NCBI RefSeq assembly: GCF_964204645.1 | Contig: NC_134036.1 | Location: 7,265,434 to 7,329,433 of the forward strand | Origin: Tubulanus polymorphus | Taxonomy: Eukaryota; Animalia; Nemertea | Direction: 5' to 3' | Length of the DNA stretch: 64,000 nt | Shown: in pieces, positions 53,701-64,000 of the stretch | Layout: every line of letters starts with the position of its first letter | Position numbering within the stretch: position 1 is the stretch's first letter | Translations under genes and position numbers: made by a program | Notes under the pieces: generated by a model | The model's database searches: none | Told to the model about the DNA's origin: nothing | Seen by the model: only the letters and a program-made list of their open reading frames with translations

Positions 53701-56700
53701 GGTCGGTCGTCCGTCCGTTCGTCAGTGTGCCGGCGGTTGTTGTTCGAAAAACGACTAAGTGCTGACCGGGCCTTGATCAGCGTTACGACCCGGTGCAGTG
53801 AGGGAGGGAGGGAGGGAGCCAGTAGGTCGGTCGTCCGTCCGTTCGCCAGTGTGCCGCTGGTGGTTGTTCGAAAAACGACTAAGTGCTGAGCGGGCCTTGA
53901 TCAGCGTTACGACCCGGTGCAGTGAGGGAGGGAGGGAGGGAGGCAGTAGGTCGGTCGTCCATCCGTTCGTCAGTGTGCCGGCGGTGGTAGTTCGAAAAAC
54001 GACTAAGTGCTGACCGGGCCTTGATCAGCGTTACGACCCGGTGCAGTGAGGGAGGGAGGGAGGCAGTAGGTCGGTCGTCCGTCCGTTCGCCAGTGTGCCG
54101 CTGGTGGTTGTTCGAAAAACGACTAAGTGCTGACCGGGCCTTGATCAGCGTTACGACCCGGAGCAGTGAGGGAGGGAGGGAGGCAGTAGGTCGGTCGTCC
54201 GTCCGTTCGCCAGTGTGCCGCTGGTGGTTGTTCGAAAAACGACTAAGTGCTGACCGGGCCTTGATCAGCGTTACGACCCGGTGCAGTGAGGGAGGGAGGC
54301 AGTAGGTCGGTCATCCGTCCGTTCGTCAGTGTGCCGGCAGTGCTGGTTGTTCGAAAAACGACTAAGTGCTGACCGGGCCTTGATAAACGTTACGACCCGG
54401 AGCAGTGAGGGAGGGAGGGAGGGAAGCAGTAGGTCGGTCGTCCATCCGTTCGTCAGTGTGCCGGCGGTGGTTGTTCGAAAAACGACTAAGTGCTGACCGG
54501 GCCTTGATCAGCGTTACGACCCGGTGCAGTGAGGGAGGGAGGGAGGGAGGCAGTAGGTCCGTCGTCCGCCCGTTAGTCAGTGTGTCGGCGGTTGCTGTTC
54601 GAAAAACGACTAAGTGCTGACCGGGCCATGAACAGCGTTACGACCCGGCACCGGTCAAGAAGGGAGGGAGGGTGGCAGTAGGTCGGTCGTCCGTTCGTTC
54701 GTCAGTGTGCCGGCGGTGGTAGTTCGAAAAACGACTAAGTGCTGACCGGGCCTTGATCAGCGTTACGACCCGATGCAGTGAGGGAGGGAGGGAGGGAGGC
54801 AGTAGGTCCGTCGTCCGCCCGTTAGTCAGTGTGTCGGCGGTTGCTGTTCGAAAAACGACTAAGTGCTGACCGGGCCATGAACAGCGTTACGACCCGGTGC
54901 AGTGAGGGAGGGAGGGAGGCACTAGGACAGTCGTCCGCCCGTTAGTCAGTGTGTCGGCGGTTGTTGTTCGAAAAACGACTAAGTGCTGACCGGGCCATGA
55001 ACAGCGTTACGACCCGGCACCGGTCAGGAAGGGAGGGAGGGTGGCAGTAATTCGGTCGTCCGTTCGTTCGTCAGTGTGCCGGCGGTGGTAGTTCGAAAAA
55101 CGACTAAGTGCTGACCGGGCCTTGATCAGCGTTACGACCCGGTGCAGTGAGGGAGGGAGGGAGGCACTAGGACAGTCGTCCGCCCGTTAGTCAGTGTGTC
55201 GGCGGTTGTTGTTCGAAAAACGACTAAGTGCTGACCGGGCCTTGATCAGCGTTACGACCCGGTGCAGTGAGGGAGGGAGGGAGGCAGTAGGTCGGTCGTC
55301 CGTCCGTTCGTCAGTGTGCCGGCGGTGGTTGTTCGAAAAACGACTAAGTGCTGACCGGGCCTTGATCAGCGTTACGACCCGGTGCAGTGAGGGAGGGAGG
55401 GAGGGAGGCAGTAGGTCGGTCGTCCGTTCGTTCGTCAGTGTGCCGGCGGTTGTTGTTCGAAAAACGACTAAGTGCTGACCGGGCCTTGATCAGCGTTACG
55501 ACCCGGTGCAGTGAGGGAGGGAGGGAGGGAGGCAGTAGGTCGGTCGTCCATCCGTTCGTCAGTGTGCCGGCGGTGGTTGTTCGAAAAACGACTAAGTGCT
55601 GACCGGGCCATGATCAGCGTTACGACCCGGTGCAGTGAGGGAGGGAGGGAGGCACTAGGACAGTCGTCCGCCCGTTAGTCAGTGTGTCGGCGGTTGTTGT
55701 TCGAAAAACGACTAAGTGCTGACCGGGCCATGAACAGCGTTACGACCCGGCACCGGTCAGGGAGGATGGGAGGGAGGCAGTAGGTCGGTCGTCCGTCCGT
55801 TCGTCATTGTGCCGGCGGTGGTTGTTCGAAAAACGACTAAGTGCTGAGCGGGCCTTGATCAGCGTTACGACCCGGTGCAGTGAGGGAGGGAGGGAGGCAC
55901 TAGGACAGTCGTCCGCCCGTTAGTCAGTGTGTCGGCGGTTGTTGTTCGAAAAACGACTAAGTGCTGACCGGGCCTTGATCAGCGTTACGACCCGGCACCG
56001 GTCAGGGAGGGAGGGAGGGAGGCAGTAGGTCGGTCGTCCGTCCGTTCGTCAGTGTGCCGCTGGTGGTTGTTCGAAAAACGACTAAGTTCTGACCGGGCCT
56101 TGATCAGCGTTACGACCCGGAGCATTGAGGGAGGGAGGGAGGCAGTAGGTCGGTCGTCCGTCCGTTTGTCAGTGTGCCGGCGGTGGTTGTTCGAAAAACA
56201 ACTAAGTGCTGACCGGGCCTTGATCAGCGTTACGACCCGGCACCGGTCAGGGAGGGAGGGAGGGAGGCAGTAGGTCGGTCGTCCATCCGTTCGTCAGTGT
56301 GCCGGCGGTGGTTGTTCGAAAAACGACTAAGTGCTGACCGGGCCTTGATCAGCGTTACGACCCGGCACCGGTCAGGGAGGGAGGGAGGGAGGCAGTAGGT
56401 CGGTCGTCCGTCCGTTCGTCAGTGTGCCGGCGGTGGTTGTTCGAAAAACGACTAAGTGCTGACCGGGCCTTGATCAGCGTTACGACCCGGTGCAGTGAGG
56501 GAGGGAGGGAGGCAGTACGTCGGTCGTCCGTCCGGTCGTCAGTGCGCCGGCGGTGGTTGTTCGAAAAACGACTAAGGGCTGACCGGGCCTTGATCAGCGT
56601 TACGACCCGGCGCAGTGAGAGAGGGAGGGAGGGAGGCAGTAGGTCGGTCGTCCATCCGTTCGTCAGTGTGCCGGCGGTGGTTGTTCGAAAAACAACAAAG

Positions 56701-59700
56701 TGCTGACCGGGCCTTGATCAGCGTTACGACCCGGAGCATTGAGGGAGGGAGGGAGGCAGTAGGTCGGTCGTCCGTCCGTTTGTCAGTGTGCCGGCAGTGA
56801 TGGTTGTTCGAAAAACGACTAAGGGCTGTCCGGGCCTTAATCAGCGTTACGACCCGGCGCTGGTCAGGGAGGGAGGGAGGGAGGCAGTAGGTCGGTCGTC
56901 GATCCGTTCGTCAGTGTGCCGGCGGTGGTTGTTCGAAAAACGACTAAGTACTGACCGGGCCTTGATCAGCGTTACGACCCGGTGCAGTGAGGGAGGGAGG
57001 GAGGCAGTAGGTCGGTCGTCCGTCCGGTCGTCAGTGTGCCGGCGGTGGTTGTTCGAAAAACGACTAAGGGCTGACCGGGCCTTAATCAGCGTTACGACCC
57101 GGCGCAGTGAGGGAGGGAGGGAGGGAGGCAGTAGGTCGGTCGTCCATCCGTTCGTCAGTGTGCCGGCGGTGGTTGTTCGAAAAACGACTAAGTGCTGACC
57201 GGGCCATGAACAGCGTTACGACCCGGCACCGGTCAGGGCGGGAGGGAGGCAGTAGGTCGGTCGTCCGTCCATTCGCCAGTGTGCCGCTGGTGGTTGTTCG
57301 AAAAACAACTAAGTGCTGACCGGGCCTTGATCAGCGTTACGACCCGGTGCAGTGAGGGAGGGAGGGAGGCAGTACGTCGGTCGTCCGTCCGGTCGTCAGT
57401 GCGCCGGCGGTGGTTGTTCGAAAAACGACTAAGGGCTGACCGGGCCTTGATCAGCGTTACGACCCGGCGCAGTGAGAGAGGGAGGGAGGGAGGCAGTAGG
57501 TCGGTCGTCCATCCGTTCGTCAGTGTGCCGGCGGTGGTTGTTCGAAAAACGACTAAGTGCTGACCGGGCCTTGATCAGCGTTACGACCCGGTGCTGTGAG
57601 GGAGGGAGGGAGGGAGGGAGGGAGGCAGTAGGTCGGTCGTCCATCCGTTCGTCAGTGTGCCGGTGGTGGTTGTTCGAAAAACGTTTAAGTGCTGACCGGG
57701 CCTTGATCAGCGTTACGACCCGGCACCGGTCAGGGAGGGAGGGAGGGAGGCAGTAGGTCGGTCGTCCGTCCGTTCGTCAGTGTGCCGGCGGTGGTTGTTC
57801 GAAAAACGACTAAGTGCTGACCGGGACTTGATCAGCGTTACGACCCGGAGCAGTGAGGGAGGGAGGGAGGCAGTAGGTCGGTCGTCCGTCCGTTCGCCAG
57901 TGTGCCGCTGGTGGTTGTTCGAAAAACAACTAAGTGCTGACCGGGCCTTGATCAGCGTTACGACCCGGAGCATTGAGGGAGGGAGGGAGGCAGTAGGTCG
58001 GTCGTCCGTCCGTTTGTCAGTGTGCCGGCAGTGATGGTTGTTCGAAAAATGACTAAGGGCTGTCCGGGCCTTAATCAGCGTTACGACCCGGCGCTGGTCA
58101 GGGAGGGAGGGAGGGAGGCAGTAGGTCGGTCGTCCATCCGTTCGTCAGTGTGCCGGCGGTGGTAGTTCGAAAAACGACTAAGTGCTGACCGGGCCTTGAT
58201 CAGCGTTACGACCCGGTGCAGTGAGGGAGGGAGGGAGGGAGGCAGTAGGTCGGTCGTCCATCCGTTCGTCAGTGTGCCGGCGGTGGTTGTTCGAAAAACG
58301 ACTAAGTGCTGACCGGGCCATGAACAGCGTTACGACCCGGCACCGGTCAGGGCGGGAGGGAGGGTGGCAGTAGGTCGGTCGTCCGTTCGTTCGTCAGTGT
58401 GCCGGCGGTGGTAGTTCGAAAAACGACTAAGTGCTGACCGGGCCTTGATCAGCGTTACGACCCAGTGCAGTGAGGGAGGGAGGGAGGGAGGCAGTAGGTC
58501 CGTCGTCCGCCCGTTAGTCAGTGTGTCGGCGGTTGCTGTTCGAAAAACGACTAAGTGCTGACCGGGCCATGAACAGCGTTACGACCCGGTGCAGTGAGGG
58601 AGGGAGGGAGGCACTAGGACAGTCGTCCGCCCGTTAGTCAGTGTGTCGGCGGTTGTTGTTCGAAAAACGACTAAGTGCTGACCGGGCCATGAACAGCGTT
58701 ACGACCCGGCACCGGTCAGGAAGGGAGGGAGGGTGGCAGTAGGTCGGTCGTCCGTTCGTTCGTCAGTGTGCCGGCGGTGGTAGTTCGAAAAACGACTAAG
58801 TTCTGACCGGGCCTTGATCAGCGTTACGACCCGGTGCAGTGAGGGAGGGAGGGAGGCAGTAGGTCGGTCGTCCGTCCGTTCGTCAGTGTGCCGGCGGTTG
58901 TTGTTCGAAAAACGACTAAGTGCTGACCGGGCCTTGATCAGCGTTACGACCCGGTGCAGTGAGGGAGGGAGGGAGGGAGGCAGTAGGTCGGTCGTCCGTC
59001 CGTTCGCCAGTGTGCCGCTGGTGGTTGTTCGAAAAACGACTAAGTGCTGACCGGGCCTTGATCAGCGTTACGACCCGGTGCAGTGAGGGAGGGAGGGAGG
59101 GAGGCAGTAGGTCGGTCGTCCATCCGTTCGTCAGTGTGCCGGCGGTGGTAGTTCGAAAAACGACTAAGTGCTGACCGGGCCTTGATCAGCGTTACGACCC
59201 GGTGCAGTGAGGGAGGGAGGGAGGCAGTAGCTCGGTCGTCCGTCCGTTCGCCAGTGTGCAGCTGGTGGTTGTTCGAAAAACGACTAAGTGCTGACCGGGC
59301 CTTGATCAGCGTTACGACCCGGAGCAGTGAGGGAGGGAGGGAGGCAGTAGGTCGGTCGTCCGTCCGTTCGCCAGTGTGCCGCTGGTGGTTGTTCGAAAAA
59401 CGACTAAGTGCTGACCGGGCCTTGATCAGCGTTACGACCCGGTGCAGTGAGGGAGGGAGGCAGTAGGTCGGTCATCCGTCCGTTCGTCAGTGTGCCGGCA
59501 GTGCTGGTTGTTCGAAAAACGACTAAGTGCTGACCGGGCCTTGATAAGCGTTACGACCCGGAGCAGTGAGGGAGGGAGGGAGGGAAGCAGTAGGTCGGTT
59601 GTCCATCCGTTCGTCAGTGTGCCGGCGGTGGTTGTTCGAAAAACGACTAAGTGCTGACCGGGCCATGATCAGCGTTACGACCCGGCACCGGTCAGGAAGG

Positions 59701-60275
59701 GAGGGAGGGTGGCAGTAGGTCGGTCGTCCGTTCGTTCGTTCGTCAGTGTGCCGGCGGTGGTAGTTCGAAAAAACGACTAAGTGCTGACCGGGCCTTGATC
59801 AGCGTTACGACCCGTGCAGTGAGGGAGGGAGGGAGGCACTAGGACAGTCGTCCGCCCGTTAGTCAGTGTGTCGGTGGTTGTTGTTCGAAAAACGACTAAG
59901 TGCTGACCGGGCCTTGATCAGCGTTACGACCCGGAGCGGTGTGGGAGGGAGGGGACAGTAGGTCGGTCGTCCGTCCGTTCGTCAGTGTGCCGGCAGAGTT
60001 GGTTGTTCGAAAAACGACTAAGTGCTGACCGGCCTTGATCAGCGTTACGACCCGGTGCTGTGAGGGAGGGAGGGGAGGGAGGGAGGGAGGCAGTAGGTCG
60101 GTCGTCCATCCGTTCGTCAGTGTGCCGGCGGTGGTTGTTCGAAAAACGACTAAGTGCTGACCGGGCCTTGATCAGCGTTACGACCCGGCGCTTTGAGGGA
60201 GGGAGGGAGGGAGGCAGTAGGTCGGTCGTCCATCCGTTAGTCAGTGCGTCGGCGGTTGTTGTTCGAAAAACGACT
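41700..60275 (+). repeat. Satellite stratum 3 (approximate limits): more heterogeneous, edge-proximal monomers
   Basis: Private variants AGCAGTGTGGGAGGGAGGGGG, GGCAGAGTTGG, CCGCTGGTGG, CCATGCACAGC, GTGTTGTGA and AAAACAACT, plus many singleton substitutions. Duplication offsets of 4519, 5161 and 857 bp in the ORF track. Confidence 0.75.
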
Positions 60276-60524
<249 letters not shown>

Positions 60525-60539
60525 TCGAGCGAGGCTTGG

Positions 60540-60578
60540 ACGAGATTGATCGCTTACGTGTTTGCTATATACAGGGGG
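60540..60578 (+). promoter_or_regulatory. Candidate promoter/initiator-like motif, copy 1 (ACGAGA-N15-TTTGCTATATAC-AGGGGG)
   Basis: AT-rich island in GC-rich DNA. TATATACAGGGGG resembles the TATATAGGG-type Pol I initiation site of plant rDNA. Function is inferred only. Confidence 0.35.
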
Positions 60579-60727
60579 ACGGTGTCCGCACGTAACAATC
60601 GGCCGCGCTCGGATGGCTCGACGCGGCGCGCGAGCCATGCACTGCCCGGTTCGTCCCGTTCGGTCGGTCCAGGGCGGTTGCGCGCTCGCTCGGCCGGTCG
60701 ACGGTGGCGGCCAAGAGAGTCAGGTGG

Positions 60728-60849
60728 CGAAAAATGACCGAGTGCCGAGTGGCCTGACGGTCGAACGCCACGCGGTCCTGTGGCAGGCCGGTAACCGTGG
60801 CTGCGCGGGGGATAGGGGCGGTCGGTCGGCCGGTCGGTCGACGGTTGTG
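60728..60849 (+). repeat. Possible degenerate satellite-like monomer in the flank
   Basis: CGAAAAATGACCGAGTGCCGA matches monomer CGAAAAACGACTAAGTGCTGA at 17/21. GGTCGGTCGGCCGGTCGGTCGACGGT matches GGTCGGTCGTCCGTCCGTTCGTCAGT at 20/26. Order and strand are the same as in the array. Confidence 0.45.
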
Positions 60850-60899
60850 GTGCGGTCGCCTCAAGAGAGACACGGAGAGAGGCCCGTGGTCGTCCAGTT

Positions 60900-61712
60900 G
60901 AGTGGTCGTCGAGTAGAGTTGAGTATCGATAAGAGGTCCAGACTCTAAACGGACGAGTAGAGCACGAAGTATCAGACGAGAACGGTCATAGCGGATTTTG
61001 CTATATACATTCGTGGTATGTCGTTCGTTGACGAGCGTCGTTCGTAAATTCTACATGGTCGCGTCTCTGAGCTGGCCGCCGTCGCCGCCGTGGTGGCGTC
61101 CGGGATGTTCGATGACCTTCCACGATCCTCGATTTTCGTGCGTGTGGGGCCGCGCGTTTCTGTAGTGAGGATTTTTGTCCGCGTTCGGGAGAGTAAGTTC
61201 ACACCGATGATGGGTGCGCCGAGCAGTGAGGGTTCAATGCCGTGACTCGTGCCCTAGGGTGTTCCTAAAATGTCGTTCGCTGTGCACCGTCGAATGTACG
61301 CGTCCGACCCTGCCCTCGTCCGACATAGACCAAAGCTGTCCTGTGGGTCGGCACGAACGCTATGGTTCGAATTCCGAACGCCAAGTTTGCGCGTTAGGTG
61401 AGTTATCGAGTATCGGCAATGTCCATATTGTGGACTTGCGTTCGCACCGTACGGTACGGCGTCTAGAAATGAGTAGTAACAATCGCGGCTCTCGTCGCAA
61501 ATTGACCGAAGAAGGGTCGAGCGTGCTGACGGGCCGAGTCCAACTCGGGCCGTCGTCGGGATGCGCCGTCGGAGCTTCGGGCTTCGCTGGAGTGTGCGCT
61601 GGCATTGCCTGGCAGTTCCCGTCGGTGGCGTGCTCACGGTGGTGACGTTCGCAATCGGTAGAGAGGCGCCTCGCCCTCGAGGTAGACTGTCCAGAGTTGC
61701 CGGGCGGGCGAA
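60900..61712 (+). repeat. Long tandem repeat copy 1 (diverged, lacks a ~300-bp internal segment, different 3' end)
   Basis: 60902-61008 aligns to ~61732-61856 and 61020-61628 aligns to ~62160-62782. The segment ~61857-62159 has no counterpart. Confidence 0.85.
60976..61008 (+). promoter_or_regulatory. Candidate promoter-like motif, copy 2
   Basis: ACGAGA-acggtcatagcggat-TTTGCTATATAC, with the same 15-nt spacing as copy 1. Confidence 0.3.
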
Positions 61713-61823
61713 GGGTGGCGGGCCGGTGCGCGTGGTCGGTAGTCGAGTAGAGTAAATTTTCGAAAAAACGAGGGAGTCCAGACTTTAAATGGAAGTGTAG
61801 AGCACCGAGTATCTGGGTCTCGA

Positions 61824-61856
61824 ACGAGAACGGTTATAGTGGATTTTGCTATATAC
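61824..61856 (+). promoter_or_regulatory. Candidate promoter-like motif, copy 3
   Basis: ACGAGA-acggttatagtggat-TTTGCTATATAC. Confidence 0.3.
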
Positions 61857-62599
61857 GTGGAGAAGGCACCCAGGCGGTTCGGTTTCGCGTACGCGTTCCG
61901 ACTGCGTCAGTCGATCGTGGCCGGTCAACGACCGGTCCGCGGCGGCCTTCCCCGTAGGATACGCTAACTGCAAGACGCCTCGCCAGGTCGCGAAGCTACC
62001 TCCGGGAGCCTCCTTCAAAACGGCGGTGGTGCGCGCGTCCGTTGTCTCGTCGAGAGACGCGGACGGACTCGATAGGTCGGATACTGTGGTCGCTCGCGCG
62101 TTCGTCTCCGCTCCGGCGGGGTCGGACGCTCAAAGCTTTTTCTGTTGACGAGTGCTGGCGTCGTTCGTTGTCGAGCGTCGTTCGTAAACTCTACATGGTC
62201 GCGTCTCTGAGCTGGTCGCCGCCGCCGCCGCGGTGGCGTCCGGGATGTTCGATTACCTTCCACTATCCTCGATTTTCGTGCGTGTGGGGCCGCGCGTTTC
62301 TGTAGTGAGGTTTTTTGTCCGCGTTCGGGAGAGTAAGTTCGCACCGATGATGGGCGCGCCGAGCAGTGAGGGTGCAATGCAATGACTCGTGCCCTAGGAG
62401 TGTTCCTAAAAGGTCGTTCGCTGTGCACCGTCGAATGTACGCGTCCGACCTATACCCCCGTCCGACCTAGACCAAAGCTGTCCTGTGGGTCGGCCCGAAC
62501 GCTATGGATCGAATTCCGAACGCCAAGATTTCGCGTTAGGTTGAGTTATCGAGTATCGGCTATGACCATATTGTGGACTTGCGTTCGCGCTCGTACGGT

Positions 62600-62856
62600 A
62601 CGGCGTCTAGAATTAAGTCGTAACAATCGCGGCTCTCGTCGCAAATTGACCGAAGAAGGATCGAGCGGGGTGCGTGCTGACGGGCCGAGTCCAACTCGGG
62701 CCTTCGTCGGTATGCGTAATCCGCCGTCGGGGCGTCTGGCTTCGCCGAAGTGTACGCGTTGCCTGGCAGTTCCCGTCGGTGGAAGGTCTCTTTCGCTGGT
62801 CTGTCGAACGGCGTCTAAGATTAAGTCGTAACAATCGCGGCTTTGTCGCAAATTGA
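62600..62856 (+). repeat. Internal ~50-bp direct repeat within the 1283-bp unit (62600-62649 and 62808-62856)
   Basis: ACGGCGTCTAGAATTAAGTCGTAACAATCGCGGCTCTCGTCGCAAATTGA versus ACGGCGTCTAAGATTAAGTCGTAACAATCGCGGCTTTGTCGCAAATTGA. Confidence 0.9.
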
Positions 62857-62995
62857 TCTAGCGGTGCTCTGCGTGCTCGGACCCGCATAACAGGTAATAG
62901 TGTCTGCGTGCTGGGTTACGGTCCCCGCGTTAACGGAGTTGGTCGCCGCGTTAACGTTACTGGCCTCCGCTTAGGCGGACCGCATCTGCGTGCTG

Positions 62996-64000
62996 GGGTG
63001 GCGGGCCGGTGCGCGTGGTCGGTCATCGAGAAGTGTAGATTTTTGAAAAAAATGAGGGAGTCCAGACTTAAAGGGAAGTGTAGAGCACCGAGTATCAAGG
63101 TCTCGAACGAGAACGGTTATAGTGGATTTTACTATATACGTGGAGAAGGTGCCCAGGCGGTTCGGTTTCGCGTACGCGTTCCGACTGCGTCAGTCGATCG
63201 TGGCCGGTCAACGACCGGTCCGCGGCGGCCTTCCCCGTAGGATACGCTAACTGCAAGACGCCTCGCCAGGTCGCGAAGCTACCTCCGGGAGCCTCCTTCA
63301 AAACGGCGGTGGTGCGCGCGTCCGTTGTCTCGTCGAGAGACGCGGACGGACTCGATAGGTCGGATACGGTGGTCGCTCGCGCGTTCGTCTCCGCTCCGGC
63401 GGGGTCGGACGCTCAAAGCTTTTTCTGTTGACGAGTGCTGGCGTCGTTCGTTGTCGAGCGTCGTTCGTAAACTCTACATGGTCGCGTCTCTGAGCTGGTC
63501 GCCGCCGCCGCCGCGGTGGCGTCCGGGATGTTCGATTACCTTCCACTATCCTCGATTTTCGTGCGTGTGGGGCCGCGCGTTTCTGTAGTGAGGTTTTTTG
63601 TCCGCGTTCGGGAGAGTAAGTTCGCACCGATGATGGGCGCGCCGAGCAGTGAGGGTGCAATGCAATGACTCGTGCCCTAGGAGTGTTCCTAAAAGGTCGT
63701 TCGCTGTGCACCGTCGAATGTACGCGTCCGACCTATACCCCCGTCCGACCTAGACCAAAGCTGTCCTGTGGGTCGGCCCGAACGCTATGGATCGAATTCC
63801 GAACGCCAAGTTTTCGCGTTAGGTTGAGTTATCGAGTATCGGCTATGACCATATTGTGGACTTGCGTTCGCGCTCGTACGGTACGGCGTCTAGAAATAAG
63901 TCGTAACAATCGCGGCTCTCGTCGCAAATTGACCGAAGAAGGATCGAGCGGGGTGCGTGCTGACGGGCCGAGTCCAACTCGGGCCTTCGTCGGTATGCGT
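62996..64000 (+). repeat. Long tandem repeat copy 3 (truncated by window end)
   Basis: Nearly identical to 61713-62717 downstream of ~63160, with several differences in the first ~160 bp. Confidence 0.95.
63107..63139 (+). promoter_or_regulatory. Candidate promoter-like motif, copy 4
   Basis: ACGAGA-acggttatagtggat-TTTACTATATAC. Confidence 0.3.

Larger units (their letters stand above)
1..60275 (+). repeat. Tandem satellite DNA array, 120-125 bp monomer, about 490 head-to-tail copies; continues past the left window edge
   Basis: The block GTTCGAAAAACGACTAAGTGCTGACCGGGCC(T/A)TGA(T/A)CAGCGTTACGACCCGG recurs every 120-125 bp, in one orientation, with no unrelated sequence between copies. Length variation comes from (GGGA)n number, a CACCGGTCAG/CGCTGGTCAG cassette (+5) and a CAGTGATGG variant (+3). 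Confidence 0.99.
61713..62995 (+). repeat. Long tandem repeat copy 2 (complete 1283-bp unit)
   Basis: GGGTGGCGGGCCGGTGCGCGTGGTCGGT at 61713 and 62996. ORF-track pairs 62015/63298 and 62042/63325 are offset by exactly 1283. Confidence 0.95.

Noticed and set aside
1-60275. CRISPR array (constant repeat plus variable segment)
   Set aside because: The variable parts are homologous to each other and reused, not unique spacers. The period is too long and there are no cas genes.
62615-62626. AAGTCGTAACAA, identical to the conserved SSU rRNA 3'-end motif (also ~62823 and ~63898)
   Set aside because: Only 12 nt match, and the flanks do not continue as 18S/16S (no GGTTTCCGTAGGTGAACC). A 12-mer match to some part of rRNA is plausible by chance, so no rRNA gene is called.
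60562-63711. Short ORFs in the flank and the 1283-bp repeats
   Set aside because: They are Arg/Ser/Pro-rich translations typical of GC-rich non-coding DNA, overlap on both strands, show no recognisable domain, and are disrupted by indels between repeat copies.
61713-64000. LTR pair or autonomous transposon
   Set aside because: The copies are directly adjacent with no internal region, no evident TG..CA termini, PBS or target-site duplication, and no RT or transposase ORF.

Overview
This window is eukaryote-type repetitive DNA with no credible protein-coding or RNA gene. Bases 1-60275 form one head-to-tail satellite array of about 490 monomers of 120-125 bp. The consensus is GTTCGAAAAACGACTAAGTGCTGACCGGGCCTTGATCAGCGTTACGACCCGGTGCAGTGAGGGAGGGAGGGAGGCAGTAGGTCGGTCGTCCGTCCGTTCGTCAGTGTGCCGGCGGTGGTT (about 62% GC, G-rich + strand, 13 CpG per monomer). 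The array uses a small alphabet of monomer variants arranged in irregular higher-order duplications of 0.9-29 kb offset, and falls into three spatial strata with their own diagnostic variants. It ends in a spacer-less palindromic fold-back (one inverted monomer, 60276-60407) that runs straight into a perfect (GA)58 tract. Beyond that lie a short GC-rich segment with what looks like a decayed satellite monomer, and a ~1283-bp tandem repeat (one deleted/diverged copy, one full copy, one cut by the window end). A bipartite motif ACGAGA-N15-TTT(G/A)CTATATAC occurs four times in this flank and resembles reiterated RNA polymerase I (rDNA spacer) promoters. That is an inference, as no rRNA sequence is in the window. 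All ORFs in the track are best explained as repeat artefacts. Internal boundaries were read by eye and are approximate.
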